Shown here: piece by piece, positions 12,040-24,910 of the stretch | How positions within the stretch are numbered: position 1 is the stretch's first letter | Layout of the letters: each line of letters starts with the position of its first letter | Assembly (NCBI GenBank): GCA_965202585.1 | Contig: OZ241833.1 | Coordinates: 35,030,001-35,094,000, forward strand | Source: Thalia democratica | Taxonomy: Eukaryota | Direction: 5' to 3' | DNA length: 64,000 nucleotides | The notes under the pieces: generated by a model | What the model saw: the letters and a program-made list of their open reading frames with translations, nothing else | Database searches by the model: none | What the model was told of the DNA's origin: nothing | Translations under genes and position numbers: made by a program

Positions 12040-12560
12040 AGGTTTAAGTTCGCTAGCTTAAATAATAACGAAGAGATAAGTTTTATAATTTTTTTAATTT
12101 ATTGTTTTGTTTTCCCTTAAAAAAAAGTGACTATTGCTTTGACTGGTCTCATCTAAAAGGTTAATTTTGATTTAAAATTAGTAAAATGAATTTGTAAGCT
12201 AGCTAAAAAATTATAAAATAACTCCAAAACAACAAAAAGAAACATGAGGGATTTAATGTTCAAATAATGATAATTTAAGTGAAATGTGTATGTGTCATGT
12301 CTTACATAAAAACAGTTTAGATTAAAAAAAAACATGAACCATTTAAAATAGTCATAATTAAATACATTAAAACAAGTTTTACTTTTGCTACAGTTACCGT
12401 TAAAAGATAAAACACTTCCAAAAGGTTTAGGGTTACTAATTTAAATAATAAAGAAGAAATAAACTTTATAATTTTTGAAATTAATTGTTTTGTTTCCCTT
12501 CTAAAAAGTGACTCTTGCTTTGACTGGTTTTATCTAAAAGGTTAATTATAATTTAGAAAA
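12040..12560. repeat. Imperfect ~150-bp direct repeat, period ~385 bp
   Basis: aaaaagtgact(a/c)ttgctttgactggt..tatctaaaaggttaatt and flanks occur near 12125 and 12505. Confidence 0.7.
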
Positions 12561-13539
12561 TAAAGTATAGAATGATAGTAAGAATATTAAAAAAAAAATA
12601 TTAAAAATATTTTCTGGCTAAAATATCGGTTGGATTAAAAATTCCAAAAAAAATTCTAAGTGGCCCCACTCAAAAAGTCAAACCGCTAACCAAACGATTT
12701 TTTTAATTAAAGGCAAAGAATCTTTCTCTAGAATGAACAAAAAAATAGTTAGCTTCAAAAATAATGAAAATAATTGGATCTAAAGTTTGAACACTTTTTG
12801 AAAATTGCGAAAAAATGCTACCGGGCCAATTTAACGCTCGTTTGTTGAACTTCTTCTAGTTTTTGAAGATTGATGTTTCTTTGTGAACTTCAACTTGGAT
12901 TAACCAAGCAGTTGACTTTTGTTATTCATTAAAATTTTTCCTTACATTTTACACGTTGTCATCTGTTGCTTCAGCTAACTTTACATCTTTGTATTTTTAC
13001 AGAAGTTTGGTTGTTATGCAATTTTCATAACAACTCCAAGTTAATATTTTAAACAATGTTTCCTAATGCTTAATTTTAAATAAGCGTAAACACTTGTTTA
13101 AAAATCAGGGACAGTTTGCAATTCCCACTACACACTTGGCGCTGCAGTTCATGCAGCTCCAAATTTCAACAACTCTTTGTTTGGAAAACTTGTATATGTT
13201 TAACATGTAGATGACACAGATTGAGCTTGCAGCTCCAATTTACCAAATGTTTAAAGATCGATTGTAAAAAATGAAGAGACTTAAAAACAAAAACGGACAA
13301 ACTTATCGTTAAATTCAATAAAAAAAGCAAAAGTTCTGAAGTAATTTATTTTTTCTTTTCAATGATTTTATTTCAAAAGATTTTTATTTATTTTGACTAG
13401 ATGAAACAACAGCTCCAGTCTGCTACCCCACGCGACACCTTTGCTCTCAAAGTTTTCGTTTTAAGATAACTTCACTCGGAAAACAATAAAGAGTAACTTA
13501 AATCTGTTTTTAGGTGTAAAGTTTGGTAACTATGTAGAC

Positions 13540-14700
13540 CAGTGGCGTGTTTAGGCTGCTTTTCTCGAGCCTGTGCAACCCTTGACAAAAACATAAAATA
13601 TTCAAAGAAAACGTTTTTGTTCATATATTTTACTTGTTTTAATAGATTTGGTTGTGCTTTCTTCCCAAAATTTTTAATGCTGAAAAAAAAATTAAAAAAG
13701 TTCTTAAAAAGCCAAATTCAATACCAACGTGCAAACATTTCATTTAATCGTAAAATAATCTTTTTTATGCCCAACGCTACTTAGAATCAGCTGATGCAAG
13801 TTATATATTTTATTAATGATATTATCAAAATTTTATAATTTCATGACCCTGCTTGTAAAAGAAAACTTTATTACTTTATTTTGAAGTATATGTTGCAGTT
13901 TAAATTTCTAAAAGGTATAATTCGCTTATTTTGCTTGTAAAAAAAATATCAGAAAAATATTTTTTTTTACTACAAAAATTATACATTTGGTTGAGTTAAA
14001 GCCTGCACAAATACCTTTTATCATGGTACTTTGATTAATTTTTTTTTTAAAGTTTACAAAAACTCACCATGTTAACTCAACTACTCAACCACGACATCAA
14101 TATAGTGACATTTAAACATTTTATTTAAACTGGCACTTAACTTAAGTTATTCAATTTTTGTTAATTAAAATTTTAAAGAAAATTTGTTAATATCGATAGC
14201 AAAACCAGTGAATCTTTTGTGTTGACGTTTCAAACTTTATAACCAAGTTAAATAGTTTTAAAATAAGTGACATTGTTTCCGAGATCTATTTTTGAGTTAT
14301 TATCTATTTATAAATGATTGTTTAACGTTGTTTAAGTTCAAGTTTCAAGCTCATAATCTGTTTTTGTCTTACATTAAAGTTAGAGCCAACAGTTTATGAA
14401 TACAAAAAATATTTTTTTTAAATTAAAAAAAATTCAGATTTGTAAATACTAATGAGCTCATTTAGCGAAACACTATCTACGAAATAGATTCCGAAATATG
14501 ATTAAAGATAATTGGCTCAGAAAAAATTATTAATATTTTATTTTTAAATACTAACTTGTATTAAAACAAAAGCTTTAACATTTTAGTAGATACCTGCACA
14601 ATTTAAAAATACTTATCAATAGATACTATAAAAAACATTATATTTTTTATCCAATAATCGATTGTGTTACACCATTTTAACAAGCTTAGACACGCCCTTG
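13540..14700. mobile_element. Possible old TIR element (CAGTGGCGTGTTTAGG)
   Basis: Left end cagtggcgtgtttagg; cttagacacgcccttg at 14685-14700 matches its reverse complement at 12/16 positions. No TSD found. Confidence 0.3.
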
Positions 14701-14730
14701 CATAGTACTCAGTCAAAAATTAACCTACAG

Positions 14731-15173
14731 ATTATGATGAGCCAAGAAAAAAAAGGGACTTAACCCTTATGGAATGTTTTATAGCTATGTTTTTTAAACA
14801 AGATAATTTTGCGCAGTACTCGAAATCTAAGCTAGAATGTAGATACCTAAATATTACAATTAAAAATGTTGAGCCTTGGGAAATTTTTATTCATACTGTC
14901 ACCTTAATTGTTAATCAACCACTTAAATAATTAATATAACCCTTTGAAAAATTTCTAGTAAGACTCACTTTAAGGACTTAACTAAACTAATATTACTCTA
15001 TGTACTTTAAAAAATAAGTTACTTGGATAACTCTAGTCATTACAAGTGATTTGTTTACTTCTTTAGACAAAAACTCTCGTCTTAAAACACTATTACAAAA
15101 ATATATCTATAAGTTTCAAACTTTTGAAAAACAGAAAATACGCTTATACTACTTAATATAGTTTGTATTTTGA
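14731..15173 (+). pseudogene. Long exon-like frame with a cluster of in-frame TAAs
   Basis: After acceptor ctacag there are 65 open codons (YDEPRKKRDLTLMECFIAMFF...), five TAA between 14928 and 15017, 47 open codons, then TAG and TGA. A possible 49-nt intron (gttaat...tttctag) lies in the middle. Confidence 0.35.
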
Positions 15174-15469
15174 AAAATTTTTGAATGTGTTATAAACGAT
15201 AAAACTTATTTTAGTATACTTAATAAGTGTAACTTTTAGCTACTTCAAACTAATTATTTTTTTTTTGCTTTATTAGAACTTAATTTTTAAGTTTTAAAAG
15301 TCATTTATAATCTAACATATTAATTATTAGTTCCTGGACTTGGTTAATTTTTATATCAGTTTTTAATATAATGATTTTGCTTTTGATCTAAAAAACTCAT
15401 AAAATTGCAATTTATAAAGCATGCTACTGAATGTTGTACTAAACTGCTTATGGTCTATCGTGTTACTAA

Positions 15470-15653
15470 GTTTCCCCTAATATTTGCTAAGTCAGCAAAA
15501 ATATTTTTTTTTAATTTATATCCTTATCCCTAACCCACCTTACCTAAACTTATTAAACATTATCTAAAAATAAATTTTTAATAATTAAAAACAAAAAAGA
15601 TTATAAAAAAAAAATTTTATTTTGCTTACTCAGCAATATTAAGGGAAACACCG
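15470..15653. mobile_element. Second copy (inverted) of the MITE at 5471-5658
   Basis: gtttcccctaatatttgctaagtcagc ... tcagcaatattaagggaaacaccg; internal ccttatccctaacccaccttacc. Confidence 0.7.
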
Positions 15654-15834
15654 TTACATCAACAAAACTCTAAGTTTATCAAACCATTAGAGTCATTTAG
15701 CTTTTATGAGTAAATATTAAAGTTTTAACCAGAAAACAACTTTTGTTAACAAAAAAAAAACAAATAACAGAACTTTATTATCATACATTTATTACACTAC
15801 ACACTAGTTGAAATAACTGCTTAGTAGAAAAGAC

Positions 15835-18800
15835 CTAACTAGGATAGCGCAAATAAGACCGATGAAAAGAATAAAAACTTTTAATCTCATAGAATTCAAA
15901 ACTTTTAGTTTCCCTTCAAAAACAAATTCGTTTCTTGAAAGTCCCTTCTCTGCGTCTGCATTTTTTATTTCTTCTAACTCTTCTTGATAGACTTTGCTGA
16001 TATAAAGTTTAAATAAATTGAAAATTATAACAGAAAATTTTATTTTGTACAGAAATACGACTATTTATTAATAAGTACATAATAAAGAACTGTGTCAGAT
16101 GTTTTACCAGAACACTATACACTAAAAAATGACTTGAAAAAAAAACACAACACTTTTTTATTAACAAAAACAAGTATAAAAAATAACAGGGCATTTTATT
16201 AGTTCGTTTATTAGTTTTCTATGGTTTATTTCTATGGCCTGTACTAAGTACTATTTAAAAGGCTTTAGAATACTCAGGGTTGCCACTCGTGTTTTCAATT
16301 TTTTTTCCAGGTTTTTAAAAGTACACATTTTTGGGTTTGTTTTTAGTTTTAAGTAAATTTCTATATAAGAAACTGTGTTAAATAGTATAGTAATATTGAA
16401 AAGATACTGTAAAGTTACTTTAAATGTGTTTTTGAATAAAAAAAAAAATTGATAATGAAAAAATCTTAATTATATGATAAATTTTTTGTGTCAAATCAAA
16501 ACTTTACAACTGAAAATGTTAAAATTATTAAAAATTTCAGGTTTTTCCAGGTTTTTTTCAAATTTTCTCAAATTCCAGGTTTTTCCAGGTTATTTTAGCT
16601 TAAATTGTCAAAATCCAGGTTTTTCCAGGTAAATTGGCAACCATGTATACTTTTACTGCAGGTTAAGTTTTTTTTGTAATCATTTTAACTTTTTATAAAA
16701 AAATCGACAACTTGAAAATATTTACTAATAAAAGTTAGTATTAGATGATAGTCCAAAAGCTAGTAGAGTTTTAAAAACAAACTCACCATTGCACATCCAA
16801 TACTAAAAGTTTCAAAAATATAACAAGTGTGTTGGTCACCCAAAGGAAAATGCTCATAACTTTGCTAAGTTTAACAAGTTGTCTGCAAGTCACAGCTGTA
16901 AGCGGAAACATTTCGATGCCAAAAGTTTTCGACGCCGGCAAGTCTGTAAAAGTTAGGGTCGTAGTTAAAATTTGAAGGTACGTTTGTAAGTTCCGAAACA
17001 ACTGTTGATGTTGTATTTTTAGTATTTACAAATATTTTAGCATAAATTAAGCTTTTAGATATAAATAGTAGTAATTGTGAAGTATCAACATTTTTCAATT
17101 AAAAATTGAGTTCAGTTTGATGATAACTTTTGTCATTTTAGTGTTATAAAACTTAATTTTAAATACTTATTATAGTTTTATAGTTTTATGAAAAAATAAT
17201 ATAAACAGTTTTAATGGTTAAATTTTGATTGAAAATGTAAAAAAATTATAGCTTTTTTGGTTTGATTATGAGCAAACTAATAATAAATTAGTATATAAAA
17301 AAAACATTTTATTAAAAAAGTATAGCTTATGATAAAAAACACTCAAACATTTTCTACTAACAATTATTACTTTAGTAATTAAGGCAAAAAGTATATTTTT
17401 AGAGTTACGATGCTTAAACACATTTAAAAATCTAATGATTTGACTTACCGATTGAGTACCCGTTGGTTTTGAAATAGTAGTTCACCCAAAAAAAGAGAGC
17501 TAAAAGTTAAAAAGAATTAAAATATAGAGTTTAAATAATTTTAATTTTCAAAAAATTCTTCCTAGATATATAATTATCAAAACAGTTATAATTTCAATTA
17601 ATAATTATTAATTTGTAAATCTATATAAGTAGATGATATGTTATAAAATAAACATAGTGTTTAAAAATATAAATTTATAAACTTTTTTGATTCTTTTTCG
17701 TATTTTAGTGAAAAAAGCCAAAAATAATTTGAATCTAAGCTCCTCTGTTACACTTAGTTTTTAAAAAAGCTTTTAGCTCACATACATATTTTTGAAAATG
17801 TTTTTTTCTATTTTTGAAATGAAATATTTAAAATTGAAAAATTGTAAACTATACAATACAACTTCTACATTTAAGATTGTAGAAAAAAAAATTATTTCAG
17901 AGCTGTAAGTTAAAGCAACAAACTTTTAAAAATGTAACTGATTTTTTTATATTTTTTTCAAATTCTAAGAACAAAAAAAAATTAAATTGTAACATTTAAA
18001 ATTTAAGCATTGTATGTTTCAAAGATTTAACTAGCCTTATTTTTAAATACATTAATTACATATTAAATGCTGATACTAAAATACTTATTCCTAGATACAA
18101 ACTTAATGTTTTAGCTAGAAAGATTGTATACTATTTAACCCATTAAATTATTTTTTTAAGAATTTAGTATTAAAAAAATTTATTAACTTGCATAAACACA
18201 TACAGAAAATAATAATATTTACTGAAGCATTATTATCAACTTAGTGTAGAAACTATCACTTTAAACAATTGTTGAATTGTATTACTATACTGTAAATCTT
18301 TTTAACTTAGAACATATTTTACATTTAGACCATAGTACTGAATTGAAATATTTTTTAAAGGTGTTAACTTGAATTTTTCCTTTGGGTAAAACAATTTCAT
18401 AAAAACCCACAGTTTTTTAACAGTTTAAAAATATGAATTTTTAAGCATTTTATAAAATATTCTAAGTTAGTAGTAGTCAATATTTTTTCAGAATTTATTT
18501 TAAAATATTTTGTAAAATATTTTGTAAAATCACTAAAAAAATTTTTTTTCAACACGATGGTTTCTATCTTTGTTTTAACTATTCTTGGTAAAAAGCACTG
18601 TGATTAATTTCAAGAAAATACTGGCATAGGGTTAAAGTTAGTTAAAACAGTGAACTAAGTCCTTCTGCTGTGTTTTTTAACAATTCTCAGTGCTTTGTAC
18701 CAAGCCTGGTTCTATTCTAACCTAAAAAATTTAACTTCATAATAATTGAAAACTAAACCACAAACACAATTTTTTACAAACTCAAAAAAAGACAGATTTT

Positions 18801-18939
18801 TATTTTTTGTAACCAAACATGTAAATATTGTATGAAATACATAAAAATATTAAATATTCTTAATTAGAAACACAAGATAAAAAAAAATTATAAAAGTGAA
18901 GTAAAACTATGTTACTTACCTACTTCACATGCTAGAGCT
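15835..18939 (-). CDS. Partial multipass membrane protein gene (exons 18939-18920, 17499-17449, 16943-16787, 15996-15835)
   Basis: Four consecutive exons have canonical, phase-compatible sites and no stops: ALACEVALFFWVNYYFKTNGYSIDLPASKTFG...VMSIFLWVTNTLVIFLKLLVLDVQCKVYQEELEEIKNADAEKG...RLKVFILFIGLICAILV. Hydrophobic segments flank a charged loop. The ends were not found. Confidence 0.6.
16275..16645. mobile_element. MITE with CAGGGTTGCCA TIRs and subterminal TTTTCCAGGT repeats, intronic
   Basis: Starts cagggttgccactc and ends tggcaaccatg; at least five ttccagg motifs. Confidence 0.75.
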
Positions 18940-19060
18940 CTGTAAGAAAATAATTTGTAATTTAAATTTGAAATAGTTGTAAAAAGTAACAAAATAATCT
19001 TAATGGTCAAATAAAATGTGCTAAAACTTTAAAAATGATATTTTTTTTTTGAGCTAGTAA

Positions 19061-19612
19061 CAGGGTTGCCACTCTTTTATTAAAATATAAACTTTCCAGA
19101 GTGTCCAAAATTGTCCTGAGTGACCTTAAACTGCCCTGAATTATCTTGAGTTTTTGTTTGAATTTTTTTTAATTAGTAAAATCAAGCTCTTCAAAAAAAA
19201 AAAGTTATATAAGAACAAAATACTGAAATCAAATCTCAGCGAATCTAGAAAAAAAAGTTGTCCTGAAATTTTAGAAAAATCTTAAAACTACCCAGAGTTT
19301 TTTATATAAAGAAAATCTAATTATTTTAAGTCAAAAAAAAAACAAAGATATAAAAAATTAAGTAGATATAATTTAGCAAAAAACTCCTCATAGATATATA
19401 ATCTTAACAAAATGATTATCTACTTTGACAAAATTTGAAATACTAAATGTGTAGATGATTTATCATAAAACAAATATAGTGTTTAAAACTATCTATTTAT
19501 AAACTCTCTTGATTTTTTTTTGTATTTTAGGTTACCATGAGTAATCCTGAGATTTTTAAAACCTTCAAATATTTTTAGTTATTCTGAGTACTTTGAGTGT
19601 GTGGCAATACAG
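19061..19612. mobile_element. Related CAGGGTTGCCACTC TIR element, right end degenerate
   Basis: Left end cagggttgccactc, right end gtgtggcaatacag; repeated cctga(g/a) motifs near the ends. Confidence 0.5.
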
Positions 19613-21217
19613 TAGTTAGCTATTACTTTACTATTTAAAAATAAATAAATAAAACTTACATGATAATAGAAACGGCAAATATGATAGTTCTACGAAGAAA
19701 ATTCTTTTTGTTATTCAAATTCATTTTGAAGTTAAGCCTATAAAACTAAACTTGGTTATTTTGCAAATAAGGTAACCTGTTCATTACTAATTTGAAGTTC
19801 ACAGCAACTTCATGAGAAAAAGTAAATTTATATTATCAAAAATATACCACAACTAAAGGGTTTTAATGAGTTTTAAAAAAAAATAACAATTTTCAGTCTA
19901 TGTAACAAAAATATTTTGCATAGCTGTCTAGAAGAATTTAAGTTTATAGATTTCTACTAATTTTTTCAAAAGATTTATCAGTTGTTGTATTTTAACTTCA
20001 CCGGTCATAATCTTAAATTAATATATTTTTTTGATAAAAGAAGTAGTTAGCACAATGTTTAAAAAAAGACCTCAAAACTTTTCAAATATTTCTGTTTTGT
20101 ATTAAAAATAATTTAGAATCTGATACACTGTAATGTAAAAAATATTAAGTAATTTATAAAATTTGAATTCTGGAAATACATTATATTATAACTAGTTAAA
20201 ATATTTAAAAGAATAATATTTTTTATCTTATTATATATTGTAAGAAAAAAAAAGTTGAAAAAATCAAAACTATTAACACAGGGTTACTGTGCTGGAGAAA
20301 AACCTTTAGGTAAAAAAGCTACACACCATTTGTAAGTAAATACCACAGTATAGGTAACACTTTTATATAATGCAACTTTATCAGATTAAACATATTTTAT
20401 TTAATTGTAAAAGTTATTTTAAACTAATTTTACTTCATTAAAATAAAGTTTGTTAAAAACCAATAAATATAAAACAGAGAAAAATTACTCATAGATATTA
20501 AGCCTAAATACTTTAAGCTAATACACTATACTTAACCAGTCTTTAGTTTTTAGAATACTTATTTATAAAGTTTATAGTTTCGAGCTTCTAAATTTAGTTG
20601 GTTTGTTAGTTTCTTTTATATTGTCTCAAACGATTATTTTCATTTTCAGTTATAATTGAGTATAACTATTTAAATACGTGCATGTCTGTTAAACCATGTA
20701 CCACAGATAAAAATTTATATGATAGCAGAAAGAGCACAAAGAAGCTTATATCAAAGTCATCATATTATAAACTAAAGCTAAATTGTTTTCTTTTTTGAAA
20801 GATATTTAATGTCATAAGGTTACAATTTGTAAATTGTTTAGTGTAATAATTAAATAAACAAATATTTGCTAAAACCAATACTTAAAAACTTTAGTAAGAC
20901 TATAGTATCTATTTTTTACTGTTTTCCCTAAACCAGAGTTTCACCAACATCAGAAATCAACATTTTTTAATATTGAGTACACGTTTGTTTATTTTAGTTT
21001 AAAATGTCATGCGCCAGTAGTTATGTAGCAATTCATTTTTAAACATATGGCAACCATTTACTAATAAAAACTTTTTATTAGTTTGGCATCCAGCGTATAA
21101 ATCTAAACTGACTATAAAGTTTCAACATTATTTTACTTTTAGGTAAGCTTGATCGAATTATTACAAAAAGTAAAAACTAATATTAATATTGATAAATTTT
21201 AAAACATAATGTTAAAA

Positions 21218-21630
21218 GTGAGTAGAATAATATGCACGAATACGTTTTTGCACGTGTTGAAAAAAATAGTTACTTTTTTTTTATTTTAATAATAATTTTC
21301 TAAAACTTTTTTTATTATCACTATTACCCCTAACTCTTACCCTTCTTTTTTTATTAGTTTGATTTTTTTTTTCCATATTGTTTAATACTTTTTTTGATTT
21401 ATTATTATTTTTTCTTATATAATTTTACTATCACTGTTACTCCTAACTTTTACCCTCGGTCGGTGTTTTTAAACTTTTAATTTTTTATTTCCTTTATTTC
21501 CCTTTTTAAATTTTTTCACTCTTTATGCAAAAATGATCCTATGTGCATAAATTACCCTACGTGCAAAAAAGTCTTCGTGCAAAACTGTTCTTCGTGAAAA
21601 GGTGCCTTCGTGCATATTTGACCCGTTCCC
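21218..21630. mobile_element. 413-bp MITE with G...C termini and 7-bp TSD (Mutator-like by terminus and TSD)
   Basis: gttaaaa flanks both sides (21211-21217, 21631-21637). AATATGCACGAA is inverted at both ends; subterminal cgtgcaaaa repeats. Confidence 0.7.
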
Positions 21631-22856
21631 GTTAAAACTTTAATTAACTTGAAATATTTAACTTTTTTCTGTACTTTAATATCGAATTTAAAATTAATTT
21701 AAATCAAGCATTTGTTTGTAAAGTAAAAACTTTTAGACAAAGAATAAAAACTTATTAGAAGTTTACAAATACTTTAAGTATTCTTTTTTTGTAAACTTAA
21801 TTAAAAGCTAAACTACTTTAGATTAAAACTAAAGTATTTATTAATAAAAAACCATTAGATTACATTTTAAAAATAATGTACCAGCGCTTGGTAATTAAAC
21901 ATTTAAAGTAAAATGAAGTTGTAATAAAACATCTTGTCTTTTGAGTTTAATTTAATACCTGACTACTTATCACTTAAGTTTCAAAATAAAAATTACATTA
22001 AGGTAAGGCTTTAATAAAGATTAAGCTACAAGTAAACAAATAGGTCCGCAATCCGCGTACTATTAGCATTACATTTCTATGAAATTAAAAAACTCATTAT
22101 CTAAGTATCGAGAACATGTGTGAAATGTATAAATATAAGATAAAGTATATTTAACTTTTTCTTATACTGAATGAAAATACATTTGAGTTGTTTTAAGACA
22201 AAAGAATAGTACAACATGCGTTTGAAATTACCTAAAACAAAGATTACTATAAAGTAATAACAAATATAGTTTATATCAGGGTTTCCCAAACTCATTTACT
22301 AAATCGCCCCCTTTTCAGAAATTTGAAAAATAATCGCCCCCCACGATTTTAAAAAGTAGTTTTTCTCTTGAGTACAAACTTTTGAGCCAAAAAATTGTGT
22401 TCAAAATGTAATTTAGTCTGGTATTTCTTATACAAGCACTTTTGGGCTGTGTTTAAAGAAGTTTACAGGGCTTGAGAAAATAAGTTATGTTGTTTCTTAT
22501 AAGCCCAGTAAAGTGTATTAAAATACTTAAATACTAAAAAGCCTTGTGTAATCAGTAATCAATCCTGTTTTTTTATGAATTGTTTTGTAATCAACTTTTG
22601 TAATCAGCAATTCATATTTACTAAAAAATATTTTCTTGTTTCAACTCGTTAAAAAAATGTAATTGCGGGCTGCATAATTTAAAAAAATAACATATAGAAA
22701 ACTAAAAAACTTGAGCATAATTGTAAAAAATTGATTTACTATTATTGTGATCTAGGAAATACTAATGTAACTGAAAACCAAATTGAAAGTGTATTTCAAA
22801 ATCATAAGCATCAAAAAACTAAATTTCGTTTATTTTGCAAAGTATTTTCAAGTTAC

Positions 22857-23570
22857 TTGGCAGGTGGAAATTTGATTGGATCTGGACCGTAAGTTACCCA
22901 TCTGAAATCCTAACTGAAACCTGACATTATAAGTATCTCTCATTTAACAAATTTCGGACATTTAGAGTGAATACTAAGTAACTTATTTAAGCCGCATAAA
23001 ATGCTTAAATTATTTTTTATATAGGCATATTCTAAAACTAAATACCAGAGATTAAAAAACTATAAAAGAATGAACACATTTTTTAAACATAATGAAATAG
23101 ATATTAAAACATTATTGCTGATCCAGTTTTAAAAAGTTTGACTGACTGGTTGATTATCTCACATAAAAAGTTGGTTTATCAATAGCTTCTGTTAATGCAG
23201 TAAAATTATTAATTTCAATGCTGGGATATATTATAAGCAAGTTAGTTGTAAAATTAAAAATTTAATTCTAAACTTTTTAAACTTTATGTTTCGTAGTAGA
23301 ATACCATTAAATAGTATTTGACTTAAAATAACCTTTAGGAAACTAAACCTTAATTTTAACATTTTTTTCTTCATTTAAATTCAAAAAAAAGCAAATTTTT
23401 TACAGTTAATTCTGTGAACAGAAAGTAATCATTTAAAAAATTCTTTTATTGTGTTAAAACTTTCTTTTGTAACTGTAGAAGTCTTTTTAATTACTTATTT
23501 AATACTGTTTAATTTTATTTTTTCTATAGTAATTAGCCTATAACAATTTACCAGAAGAAAATAGTGAAAA
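22857..23570 (-). pseudogene. Spliced passenger gene fragment inside the hAT element
   Basis: Phase-compatible exons VILSQILFNGILLRNI (~23280-23330), IEINNFTALTEAIDKPTFY (23163-23220) and VSVRISDG (from 22920) have ag/gt boundaries conserved in copy 2. Confidence 0.5.
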
Positions 23571-24483
23571 AGTAAAAGCTAGTGTTGAACTACTGAAATA
23601 AACAACATATTCTAATTGCTAATATATTAAAAATAAAATAAAACACAAAACAGTTGTATAATTAGTTTAAAATTATTTAATTTTATTTGATAGATTTTCT
23701 AACAGTAATAAATCAAGTTAGAAAATAAATTTGAGTTTAATAATCTTTTAAATGAAAAATTTGAAGTCATTTCAAATAGAGACATCAAATCTATACTCTT
23801 TTAAAACCAAAAAAAAAATTTGAAATAAAAACTTAAATGGTTATCAAAGTTTTTTTATTTATACAGATTAAACAAGTAATAACAAAAATATGTCAAATAA
23901 ATTTCTTTCAAACAAATACTTTAACCACTATGCTATAAAAACTTTTAGTGTAATGTAAATCTACAAATCTAAACTACAAAATAAACCCGGTCAAAATAAA
24001 GCTATTAACATATTTAAAACATAAAACATTTTATAAATACAGTAGACTTCCTTTTCAATTCGCACTTTGAACAAAATAAAAAAGTTTTAACTCAAAAATT
24101 ATTATCATTTTTTTACAAAATGATAAATTTAAATATGTTATATGCAATAACGTTATGAATAAACATGAATTCAACTAAAACATAAAACTAGCATTCATAA
24201 AAAAAAAAGATTTATATAAGCTATTAAATATTGTGTATTTTTTCTTTTATTAATACTTAGTTAGTAATAGACTTGTTTAAGTTAAATTTAAGAAAGTATA
24301 AGTTTGCACTTTTTTGGGTAAAAAGTGCGAACTCAAGAGGAAGTCTACCGTAATTAATATTTATTAGGCATTATGCAAACCTGTTAAAGAATAAACAACT
24401 TAAAAGAATTTTTTATATAAAAAGAATACATAATACAATACAAAGACTTAAAACAATACAAACCAGGTTAAACAAGAAGTATT

Positions 24484-24910
24484 TTAAAAGATCAAACAAA
24501 TAAATAAAACTTTCATAAAATAATTTCTGCAACTGAATTCTAATATAATGCGAAGGATAAGGTTCATGAATGCTTGCAGGTTTTTATAATCTGATTCTAA
24601 ATAAATCAAACAAAGCCTCAAGTCACCTCCTTTACAAATATTTAGATTAGATTTTTTGCTCAAGATGTTGATAACTAAACTGAAAGCTTTCTCAACAACA
24701 TAGCTAGAAGGAGAAACTATACACAACAATCTAAATTCCTCTCAATGATTGGATACTTTTGCCTTAGTTTTTGTTGAGTCCAAAAGCTTTCATTTCGTTC
24801 TTTGGAAACATTTACTTTGAGTTAAAGGTCAGTTTGTAAGTCCGAGAAGGTTTCGTGTGAGTCGTTTACTTCAAAAAGATCTGCCACGAAGGGATCCCTA
24901 TTTTTATCTC
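24484..24910 (-). pseudogene. C-terminal remnant of a Buster/Charlie-type hAT transposase (dimerisation region)
   Basis: DPFVADLFEVND...SFWTQQKLRQKYP...SPSSYVVEKAFSLVINILSKKSNLNICKGGDLRLCL resembles the FPSSYLVERGFS...RGDLRL motif of SCAND3/ZBED8-like transposases; stops and frameshifts are present. Confidence 0.8.

Noticed and set aside
12830-13250. Coding-like minus-strand region
   Set aside because: Every frame is broken by multiple stops and no recognisable motif is present.
16790-16900. Cys-loop ion channel motif in the alternative frame (C...FPLGDQHTC)
   Set aside because: Spacing is not C-x13-C, two stops intervene, and another frame splices cleanly.
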